Shown: piece after piece, positions 7,651 to 14,767 of the stretch
Position numbering within the stretch: position 1 is the stretch's first letter
How the letters are laid out: each line of letters opens with the position of its first letter
DNA from: a virus
Virus record (IMG/VR): IMGVR_UViG_3300043466_002666
Direction: 5' to 3' (one strand)
Length of the DNA: 64,000 nt
Translations under genes and position numbers: made by a program
Notes under the pieces: model-generated
Told to the model about the DNA's origin: nothing
What the model saw: the letters and a program-made list of their open reading frames with translations, nothing else
Databases searched by the model: none

Positions 7651-8532
7651 TCAGAACTTGAATCCCAGACCCGTGGTGAACACAGGAGAATAGGTTCCGT
7701 TGGTAGCACCATAGCTGTTAGCAGCATTGGTGGTAGGGAACTTCAGATCAGCAAAACCAACTAGTGAATTGGTTAGACGACCTTCAATACCTAGAGCAAG
7801 TACAACCTGACCCTTCTCACCAACAGCAGACTGGAAATTAGCCGCAGTGTTGTTCACGAAAGGAATCTGATAACCAACACCAGTATAGATGTTAGTACGG
7901 CTCACACCAGAAGCAGCCTTAGCAATACTCCAGTCATAGGCAACTAGAGCACCACCTGCAGCACCAATCTCACCAGCAGGAGTACCTACTAGGTTAGCAT
8001 AGGGACGAACAGAAACAGCATTCTGATTAGCAAAGGTCTTTACAGCATAACGACCTTGAACAGTAGCACCAGAGATAGTACGGTTCTCAGTGTAACCATT
8101 ACCATCAACGCCTTGCTTGTTTAGAAGAACACCAGCACCTAGGTAGTTACCTACACCCTGAGCCTTTTGAGCAGCAGCTACTTCTAGTGCAGTTACACGG
8201 GCATTAGTAGCACCGAGTTCCTTAGCAAATTCTGCACGAAGAGCAGCAGCTAGTTGTGCATCTGCAGCAGTTTGGAATTCGCTGATACGATCCAGACATG
8301 CATTAGTGAGTGCAGCAAGTTGAGCACGAGTAGCAGGTTCACCAGGACGGAAAGTGCCATCAGGGAAACCAGCAACACAACCATAACGGGATACTAGGTT
8401 AGAAATAGCCTGGTATGACCATTCGGTTGGTTGAACATCACGCAGTTGGGAAACACTGGTGACTTGTGCCATAGCAGGGGAGATTGCAGTTGCAGCAACA
8501 ACACCAGCAGCAATAAATGAACGAATCATCAT
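7651..8532 (-). CDS. SLH-domain outer-membrane beta-barrel protein (Som/porin-like N-terminus)
   Basis: Signal peptide, VTSVSQLRDVQPTEW...YGCVAGFPDGTFR SLH, coiled coil, beta-strands, terminal Phe. Confidence 0.8.
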   Translation of the reverse strand: MMIRSFIAAGVVAATAISPAMAQVTSVSQLRDVQPTEWSYQAISNLVSRYGCVAGFPDGTFRPGEPATRAQLAALTNACLDRISEFQTAADAQLAAALRAEFAKELGATNARVTALEVAAAQKAQGVGNYLGAGVLLNKQGVDGNGYTENRTISGATVQGRYAVKTFANQNAVSVRPYANLVGTPAGEIGAAGGALVAYDWSIAKAASGVSRTNIYTGVGYQIPFVNNTAANFQSAVGEKGQVVLALGIEGRLTNSLVGFADLKFPTTNAANSYGATNGTYSPVFTTGLGFKF

Positions 8533-8568
8533 AATTTTAAATGATTAACTACAGATTTTATTTAGCTT

Positions 8569-8638
8569 TGGAAGTGGTTGGAATCGAACCAACTACTGTG
8601 TGGATTGTCTCCGTGCCGCTCCAGTTGGCTTCACTTCC
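8569..8638 (-). ncRNA. tRNA-like RNA with aberrant anticodon arm (possible pseudo-tRNA)
   Basis: Perfect acceptor GGAAGTG/CACTTCC, D-arm and T-arm, but anticodon arm GGA-GACAA-TCC has a 5-nt loop. Confidence 0.55.
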
Positions 8639-8648
8639 ATGAAATCCT

Positions 8649-8682
8649 ACTATAGCAGGAGTTGTGGGGGCTGTCAACCCCC
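8649..8682 (-). promoter_or_regulatory. Sigma70 promoter upstream of tRNA-like RNA
   Basis: TTGACA-17-TATAGT inside GGGGG/CCCCC hairpin. Confidence 0.7.
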
Positions 8683-8684
8683 TT

Positions 8685-8843
8685 TGCAGGCTCGCCACCA
8701 GTTTTGATTACGAGAAAACTGGAAACTCGGCAGAGTAAAAACTCCTCATCCGCACCAGTCGGCATATTTTATGTCCATCCGACGAGGACTAAATTGGGTC
8801 ATACTTGACTCCACCAGGGCAAGTTTTTAAGTCATTCCGAGAC
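8685..8843 (-). ncRNA. Structured RNA resembling cyanophage manA/wcaG motifs
   Basis: Repeated hairpin/pseudoknot modules each followed by TGGYG; family assignment from recollection only. Confidence 0.5.
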
Positions 8844-9029
8844 TTCTATATCATTGTATATTTGCCAGATATACTGTTTATGTTCTTCAAGCTTTTGAAT
8901 TGTCTCGTGCATTTTAATATAATTTTTTAGATCTAAACGATCTTCAATTTGTTTTAGTGTTGTGATTACACTTTGTATTTCGTCACAAACATTCAATAAC
9001 TTGAGAGAACAATAAGTTGTTTTTTGCAT
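8832..9029 (-). CDS. Hypothetical coiled-coil protein (start MQKTT)
   Basis: ORF lying between RNA modules. Confidence 0.55.
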   Translation of the reverse strand: MQKTTYCSLKLLNVCDEIQSVITTLKQIEDRLDLKNYIKMHETIQKLEEHKQYIWQIYNDIEVSE

Positions 9030-9091
9030 GGGAATTAGGGGACGCATCCGACCAGTACTGTTATAGACCATCCGTGTCTCTGTGTATTTAG

Positions 9092-9244
9092 TTATTCTTT
9101 GGATTTTGGTTTATTGCATTCGTTACAATAATATGAAAATCCTGTCCTGAAATATTTTACCACTTGATAGTGGTCTTTGTCAAGGGGGTACTCAGTGTGA
9201 CATTTTGAGCACTGTCTAGTCCCACCACCAGCAGAGGTTTTCAA
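9092..9244 (-). CDS. Small zinc-finger-like protein (start uncertain)
   Basis: CSKC...YYCNECN. Confidence 0.5.
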   Translation of the reverse strand: MKTSAGGGTRQCSKCHTEYPLDKDHYQVVKYFRTGFSYYCNECNKPKSKE

Positions 9245-9797
9245 GCGTGTTGATGAACTGCTCGTAATAGACTGTACGACTTGGATTAGGTTTACCATCT
9301 TTCATGTCTTGGAGATACTGTATGATACCACGAACCACAGGGGTGTCCTGGAAGTATTCGTGCATTTTGTAACAATCAAACTTCTCAATGTATTCAACGA
9401 ATCCATGCAAAGGTGCCATGTTACGACGATATGCATAAATGAATACATCTTCATCTTTGATACCTTCTTTGTTTAGAATTTCTAATGGAGTATATTTTTC
9501 TCCATCATGTTCTTCTTCAAGTTCTTTTGCATCACCAAATACAAAATGAAGACCATCATAATATTTGTCATGCAACTCTTGGTCTGGTGCTACACGAAGC
9601 TTTTCATTTTGTTCCAAATAATAGTTCATGCGGGCTTTGGCGTCTTCATTCGTCAGGCGAAACACGATGTTACCAATGTAGTAATCTACAGGACCTCCAT
9701 ACATGTTTTCGGATGTTCTTTTTCTGAATGACAGATGAGTAATCTCAAATCCAGGTTCTTCGTATTCAGTTTCAACGAGTCCTTGTGAAATAGTCAT
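9216..9797 (-). CDS. Hypothetical protein
   Basis: 193-aa ORF, ATGA overlap. Confidence 0.8.
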   Translation of the reverse strand: MTISQGLVETEYEEPGFEITHLSFRKRTSENMYGGPVDYYIGNIVFRLTNEDAKARMNYYLEQNEKLRVAPDQELHDKYYDGLHFVFGDAKELEEEHDGEKYTPLEILNKEGIKDEDVFIYAYRRNMAPLHGFVEYIEKFDCYKMHEYFQDTPVVRGIIQYLQDMKDGKPNPSRTVYYEQFINTLENLCWWWD

Positions 9798-9997
9798 ACT
9801 TCAAAAGTATCAAGGTCTTTACCAGCTTTGATGGATTCTTTGCGGAGTTTCTTCAAATCCTTCATCATGGTTTTAATTTCTTTGTATGCATCATCGGCAT
9901 TCATCTTACCACCGATTTCCAATCCGACGATAAGATCTACCTTATCACCGAATCTAGCAAGTGCTCTTTCAAATTCAGTAAGTGATTCGTAACCCAT
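9794..9997 (-). CDS. Conserved cyanophage hypothetical protein
   Basis: FERALARFGDKV...EIGGK...AYKEIK. Confidence 0.75.
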   Translation of the reverse strand: MGYESLTEFERALARFGDKVDLIVGLEIGGKMNADDAYKEIKTMMKDLKKLRKESIKAGKDLDTFEV

Positions 9998-10018
9998 AAT
10001 AAGTTAATTAATTAACTA

Positions 10019-10089
10019 AGCCCCTAGACAGAATTGAACTGTCGTCTCCGCTTTACAAGAGCGGTGCATCACCACAATGCTTTAGAGGC
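10019..10089 (-). tRNA. tRNA-Thr(TGT)
   Basis: CCGCT-CTTGTAA-AGCGG anticodon arm; cloverleaf. Confidence 0.9.
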
Positions 10090-10092
10090 AAA

Positions 10093-10353
10093 TTATTCAG
10101 GCATATCTTCTGGATTTTCTAAGTCCACTGGAAACAAGCAAGGATGACATTCTTCATCAATTAAATAAAATGAAGTTTTGTATAGATCTTCTGGACTATA
10201 CTCTTCATTGTTTGAAGCATCAATTTGAATGTAAGGATCATCCTGCATTATTTGAGGAAGTTCTTCAAATGTAAACGGAACATTATTGATGAAATACATC
10301 TCAACAATTTCATTATTGTAAAAACAATACTTTGATGAGATTTTGTATTTCAT
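10093..10353 (-). CDS. Conserved cyanophage hypothetical protein
   Basis: MYFINNVPFTFEELP...EECHP motif. Confidence 0.75.
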   Translation of the reverse strand: MKYKISSKYCFYNNEIVEMYFINNVPFTFEELPQIMQDDPYIQIDASNNEEYSPEDLYKTSFYLIDEECHPCLFPVDLENPEDMPE

Positions 10354-10483
10354 GACTGTATCCTTCGATACAAATATTTAGTGGTAGGAGGGGAGAGCAT
10401 TACCTTAAGCCTCCCTCTTTACATTACCCAGCCAGTGACCAGGAAGAGGTTTTGGTTCCTACATTTGATACAAAATGTATCAA

Positions 10484-10555
10484 CTGGGGCGGCAGGGATC
10501 GAACCTGCGACCAATCGGTTAACAGCCGATAGCTCTACCGCTGAGCTACACCCCA
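10484..10555 (-). tRNA. tRNA-Asn(GTT)
   Basis: ATCGG-CTGTTAA-CCGAT; canonical cloverleaf. Confidence 0.93.
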
Positions 10556-10561
10556 AAGAAA

Positions 10562-11080
10562 TTAGCACCATTCTAATTTGTACTTTTCAAATCGTTTAAT
10601 TTGTTTATCAACAAATTCAGAATATTTAATTTTAAATTCATCAATCCATTCATTACGAGATATACGATTACGCAAAATAACTTTTCCTTCAGAAGTTCTT
10701 TTTGGTTGTAGAAGTCCTCTACCCTGATTAGAAATTTCGTAACAAACTTCTTCAATAAAAACTTCGTTGGTATTTATTAGTTGTAAAAGACCATTAACAT
10801 TTGTATATTCAATAAAAAGAAATTTTAAATTGTTAGAAGGATTTAACAGCCATTGATTTACTTCTGCAGTACATAACCTACCTTTATTTTGTTGGGATAA
10901 CAAATTATCAGTTTTAACATTCAATCCTTCATTGGAAGAAATCCAAACATCAGCATATTTTTCTCTTTTAGATTTTTGAATATATCCAAAATGAGTCTGT
11001 ATTTCATTTTGAAGAAAATCTGCTGCTTCAGTATTTGGAGTAATTGAATATGTTTCTTTAAGATTGTAAGGTAGGATCAT
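10562..11080 (-). CDS. Hypothetical protein, possible PD-(D/E)xK nuclease
   Basis: AT-rich ORF with ADVWI...NVKT motif. Confidence 0.55.
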   Translation of the reverse strand: MILPYNLKETYSITPNTEAADFLQNEIQTHFGYIQKSKREKYADVWISSNEGLNVKTDNLLSQQNKGRLCTAEVNQWLLNPSNNLKFLFIEYTNVNGLLQLINTNEVFIEEVCYEISNQGRGLLQPKRTSEGKVILRNRISRNEWIDEFKIKYSEFVDKQIKRFEKYKLEWC

Positions 11081-11240
11081 TATGATTTAACATGTATTCA
11101 ACAGTGTTTGCAATGTCATTCATTGCTACCCGAAGATCTGATTGTTGACCAGACTCCATTTTAATTATTGGGCGATGATCATCTACTAGAGTCCATCTCC
11201 ATTGATTTAATTCAGTACAATACCAAAGATTAATTTTCAT
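11058..11240 (-). CDS. Conserved cyanophage hypothetical protein
   Basis: MKINLWYC...QWRWTL...ESGQ. Confidence 0.75.
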   Translation of the reverse strand: MKINLWYCTELNQWRWTLVDDHRPIIKMESGQQSDLRVAMNDIANTVEYMLNHNDPTLQS

Positions 11241-11388
11241 TTTTAAAGTGTTCTAATTCTATCCATCTAAGGAGAGTGTTAAACGCATAAATTGATGCTT
11301 CAGTGCAATTGTCAGCTTCAAGCCTTTGAATATAATACTCAAGTGCTTCAATAACCATTTCTCTGTCTTTTTGAGAGATAAGTGACAT
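11230..11388 (-). CDS. Hypothetical protein (start MSLISQ)
   Basis: GAGG SD; upstream part of track ORF overlaps tRNA-Gly. Confidence 0.7.
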   Translation of the reverse strand: MSLISQKDREMVIEALEYYIQRLEADNCTEASIYAFNTLLRWIELEHFKNEN

Positions 11389-11409
11389 AGTAACCTCAAA
11401 TAGTGAGGA

Positions 11410-11480
11410 AGCGAATGACGGGGATCGAACCCGTGACACCAACTTGGAAGGATGGGATGTTACCGCTACACCACATTCGC
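11410..11480 (-). tRNA. tRNA-Gly(TCC)
   Basis: GCGAATG acceptor, CTTCCAA loop, T-arm. Confidence 0.9.
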
Positions 11481-11545
11481 AGGGACCCCTCTGTTTGAGC
11501 ATCATTCGGCGTCCCGAGATAGGCTTGAGAGGTAGATGATTTTAT

Positions 11546-11815
11546 TTAGGTAGTAAAATTAATCTCTGGATTTGGATTAATACCACCAAAAGTAATTATA
11601 TCATCATAGTTAGTTGCAAAAGGAATACCACCTTCTACACTAAAATCTTCTTTTGGAGTCTGTACTCTGTTCATGATAATAATGTAACCTAGCTTTTGTA
11701 AAGCTTCTGCAATAGAATGAAGAGTATATGGGTCTTCATGCATAGCACCTAGTTCAAGTGCAGAACGAAGTGCATGTTCAGCCTTTTCAATTTGATACTT
11801 AACTGAGTCTCCCAT
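11546..11815 (-). CDS. Hypothetical protein
   Basis: 89-aa ORF between tRNAs. Confidence 0.7.
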   Translation of the reverse strand: MGDSVKYQIEKAEHALRSALELGAMHEDPYTLHSIAEALQKLGYIIIMNRVQTPKEDFSVEGGIPFATNYDDIITFGGINPNPEINFTT

Positions 11816-11834
11816 AGTAATAATATAAAGGGAA

Positions 11835-11905
11835 TGGAGAATACCAGAGTCGAACTGGTGATTGATGCTTGCAAAGCACCCGTTTTACCACTAAACTAAT
11901 CCCCC
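11835..11905 (-). tRNA. tRNA-Ala(TGC)
   Basis: G3-U70 acceptor, TTTGCAA loop. Confidence 0.88.
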
Positions 11906-12064
11906 AGATGGATTAGGTGTGAGACCAGGGACCTAACCTCTATCCGTATGCTGACTTTGCAGTTCAACGTCAAACTAGTAAACTAACCAACGGCGATTGT
12001 AGTCTGTGTTGAATAATATACTAGTGGTCTTTACCGTCAGAAGGAAAGTTCTGTTAACGGTAAG

Positions 12065-12140
12065 TCCGAATGCTCGGATTTGAACCGAGATTATTCCTGC
12101 TCCCAAAGCAGGTGCCATGACCAAGTTAGGCGACATTCGG
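12065..12140 (-). tRNA. tRNA-Pro(TGG)
   Basis: CCTGC-TTTGGGA-GCAGG. Confidence 0.9.
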
Positions 12141-12346
12141 AGGTGAATGGTGGGATTCTGTCATACCCACAACTGGAAGGTTACACTGACAACCGTATTC
12201 CAGAACCTAGATTCTTCTTGGTGAGAAGTTCTATACCTTTGATTTCCCAACGATACAGCGGGCACCACCCCTAATCTATTACATTATCCCGTGAGTAACC
12301 ACAAAGATTATTCTGTCACATTCTTTGGAAACCCGTCGATTTCCAA

Positions 12347-12418
12347 TGGGAATACTGGGAGTTGAACCCAGACTAAGCCCTTATAAGGAGCCCGCTCTAA
12401 CCATTAAGCTATACTCCC
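12347..12418 (-). tRNA. tRNA-Ile(TAT)
   Basis: GGCTC-CTTATAA-GGGCT anticodon arm; canonical cloverleaf. Confidence 0.85.
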
Positions 12419-12422
12419 GAGG

Positions 12423-12505
12423 TGGGCATAGTCGGACTTGAACCGACAAGGGCAAAGCCCGACTGATTTTAAGTCAGTTGTGTTTACCAATTTCACCATA
12501 CGCCC
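12423..12505 (-). tRNA. tRNA-Leu(TAA)
   Basis: ACTGA-CTTAAAA-TCAGT, variable arm. Confidence 0.92.
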
Positions 12506-12513
12506 AAAATAAA

Positions 12514-12768
12514 TTAACGAACTTCGTAATCTAATTTCCTAACTTTTCTTTTAGGAACAGCTACTTGATCGTATATGGGTTGTCTTTGTTTTGGTTTAAC
12601 AAATCCACTTACCATTTCAACTTGGCTGATGTCCTCAGCTACTATAACAGGCAATCCGTTGTTGTCAAGTCGTATGTAAGCTCTATTGGGACACTTGCAT
12701 GACTGACCTTTGTTTGGAGCAGTTACTTGCAACTCCATGTTGCAATCTTTACATCTGATTTTGTACAT
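12514..12768 (-). CDS. Zn-ribbon hypothetical protein
   Basis: CKDC...SCKCPN; C-terminal RKVRKLDYEVR. Confidence 0.75.
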   Translation of the reverse strand: MYKIRCKDCNMELQVTAPNKGQSCKCPNRAYIRLDNNGLPVIVAEDISQVEMVSGFVKPKQRQPIYDQVAVPKRKVRKLDYEVR

Positions 12769-12797
12769 TGATTCATACCTTAATTATTCAGTTGTCA

Positions 12798-12870
12798 CGG
12801 GTTAGGCAGGAATCGAACCTGCGACACACGCTTTAGAAGAGCGTTGTTCTATCCGCTGAACTACTAACCC
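12798..12870 (-). tRNA. tRNA-Arg(TCT)
   Basis: ACGCT-CTTCTAA-AGCGT. Confidence 0.92.
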
Positions 12871-12882
12871 AATTACCTTTTT

Positions 12883-12911
12883 AGTGTAGCAGACTAGTCT
12901 TGGTTTGTCAA
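12883..12911 (-). promoter_or_regulatory. Sigma70 promoter of tRNA operon
   Basis: TTGACA-17-TACACT. Confidence 0.65.
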
Positions 12912-13292
12912 GGGGCAGTCTGGAACCCATGGAGCACAGAGTCGGATCTCTCCTCCCAATGCTTGACACTCATCAGTGTAGCACACGCTGGAGTCCACCG
13001 GTTTCACTGAGTATCGTGGTGATGGTATCGTAGCACGTCCATCGTCGTTTGTCAAGTCCTCATAATCTTTAATTGCTTTATCGACATCTCTCTCGATTCT
13101 TCTCTTGAGAAGCTTGTCGTCCTGTATTATATAGTCGTTTAATTGACCATTTGGAAAATACTTTCTTTGAATTTCGTCAATCAGGTCATACCAATGTATC
13201 TCATCAATCCCTGTGCATTTTGTAAGTACACCTACTGATGATGTAAGTATTACACCAATGATTGCAAAATTTATTACTTGCTTTTTATTCAT
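12894..13292 (-). CDS. Hypothetical membrane-anchored Cys-containing protein
   Basis: N-terminal TM helix; CYTDECQALGGEIRLCAPW. Confidence 0.7.
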   Translation of the reverse strand: MNKKQVINFAIIGVILTSSVGVLTKCTGIDEIHWYDLIDEIQRKYFPNGQLNDYIIQDDKLLKRRIERDVDKAIKDYEDLTNDDGRATIPSPRYSVKPVDSSVCYTDECQALGGEIRLCAPWVPDCPLTNQD

Positions 13293-13329
13293 GAGGAAGG
13301 GGAGATCACCTCTCCCCATTATTTATCTG

Positions 13330-13692
13330 TTAAGCTCTAGAGTAACAGACACTTACCACTCCCTGTCCAGGAGATGCAATAGTAGAGAATGCCCCGTAGG
13401 ACAGGTCGAGGTCTCGTCCTCCGACATATGGACCTCTATCATTCACTCGCACAATAACTGATCTTCCATTTCGTTGATTTGTCACCCGTAACCTAGTTCC
13501 GAATGGAAGCCATTTATGTGCTACAGATTTACCATATGCATTGTATCTTTCACCGTTGGCGGTGGTTTGACCGTGATATCCATCACCGATACCATAATGA
13601 GAAGCCATTGAACATCCACTGGCCGCTTCAGCTTTTTGGGGCGTAAATCCAAGAAGTGTTGAAGCAATGAGAAGTGTTGAAATAAAACGCAT
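13330..13692 (-). CDS. rlpA: RlpA-family lytic transglycosylase (DPBB)
   Basis: Signal peptide; TANGERYN...AHKWLPFGT...VRVNDRGPY...DLS. Confidence 0.9.
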   Translation of the reverse strand: MRFISTLLIASTLLGFTPQKAEAASGCSMASHYGIGDGYHGQTTANGERYNAYGKSVAHKWLPFGTRLRVTNQRNGRSVIVRVNDRGPYVGGRDLDLSYGAFSTIASPGQGVVSVCYSRA

Positions 13693-13812
13693 TAATTTGA
13701 ATAGAACTCTACATCCCAATAGAAAGGGGGTACACCCAACCTCTCGGAGGGCACTTTCCTGGGCACAACATGATAACACTCAACCGCTTATAATATAAAT
13801 TGGTGTTACCAA

Positions 13813-13903
13813 TGAGAAGGGAGGGAATTGAACCCCCGATGGTTCTTATGTAACGGTTTTACAGACCGCAGCCACACATATTGCCAACAGTAGCCACCTT
13901 CCC
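13813..13903 (-). tRNA. tRNA-Tyr(GTA) with enlarged D-arm
   Basis: GCGGT-CTGTAAA-ACCGT; variable arm; 14-nt D-loop. Confidence 0.8.
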
Positions 13904-13906
13904 GAA

Positions 13907-14013
13907 AAGCCTGAAACCAGTAATGCCTCCTTCTATGCTATCTGCATAGCGAGTAACATATTTCCAGCAGGACTCTTGGCGGAGATGCCAAAAGGTTTAC
14001 TGGCTTCAGACTT
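13907..14013 (-). ncRNA. Candidate small structured RNA
   Basis: 17-bp terminal stem plus internal hairpins, starting just after a sigma70 promoter. Confidence 0.5.
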
Positions 14014-14019
14014 AAGACA

Positions 14020-14048
14020 ATCTTAACACACTTCTATTTGGTTGTCAA
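14020..14048 (-). promoter_or_regulatory. Sigma70 promoter
   Basis: TTGACA-17-TAAGAT. Confidence 0.65.
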
Positions 14049-14071
14049 GGTGTTTGGGATATTTATAAAAC

Positions 14072-14767
14072 TTATGGTGTCTGGAAAACCCTACCCCATC
14101 CATCGTTGCCAGCAGGACACCATCTACGAGCTAGATCAGATCGTTTGTAGATTGCTCCTTTACCATTGGTCACTGGACCAGTATAGCTATCATTGAGGCT
14201 TCCGTAAGGGTCATTAACTACATAATCTCCATTTGGTGTCTTTCCAATTACAACTACCATGTGTCCTCCTGTCGGATTAGATAAAGTCCCCCTATGAAGA
14301 ATACCAATAACAACAGGTCTACCAGCGGCAAGCTCTCTATCAAGATCAGCAAAAGTAAGGGAATAGCTGAAGCTTGACTTAATTCCATAATACGCAAGAG
14401 CACGAGTTTGAACCAAGTGGTCTGTTGTATCTCCGATGGAGAAGACTTTTTGAACATATGCATCATCTCCTTTTGGTCCTTTTAATGTGCCTGGTTTAAA
14501 ATACTCAAGGCACATTGCACATGCAGATGAATTACAGGTTCGATTTGCATCTCTGTAATTATCTGTCTGAGGAAACCATGGAAAATTTTCTATAGTATTT
14601 GATTTTGGTTTTTCTGGTTTTGTTCTATAAATTCTTACCCAATTAGATGAATCATCTATTAATGGAGAATCCATTAAATCAACTTCAAGTTGCTCTACTG
14701 CAGCAACATGCTTTGGATTATTTTCATTATAGTGTTTAAAGAAATTGTGTAAATCAATTCTGGCCAT
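14072..14767 (-). CDS. Peptidase C39-like (papain-fold) protein, possible endolysin
   Basis: QTDN...RTCNSSACAM, GRPVVIG, GGHMVVVIG, VNDPYG. Confidence 0.8.
   Translation of the reverse strand: MARIDLHNFFKHYNENNPKHVAAVEQLEVDLMDSPLIDDSSNWVRIYRTKPEKPKSNTIENFPWFPQTDNYRDANRTCNSSACAMCLEYFKPGTLKGPKGDDAYVQKVFSIGDTTDHLVQTRALAYYGIKSSFSYSLTFADLDRELAAGRPVVIGILHRGTLSNPTGGHMVVVIGKTPNGDYVVNDPYGSLNDSYTGPVTNGKGAIYKRSDLARRWCPAGNDGWGRVFQTP

Noticed and set aside
8569-8843. Possible two-piece tmRNA
   Set aside because: Acceptor stem lacks G3-U70 and no tag reading frame was found
12080-12274. Plus-strand 64-aa ORF (likewise 10381-10599)
   Set aside because: Antisense to tRNAs or structured RNA, with no SD or recognisable motif
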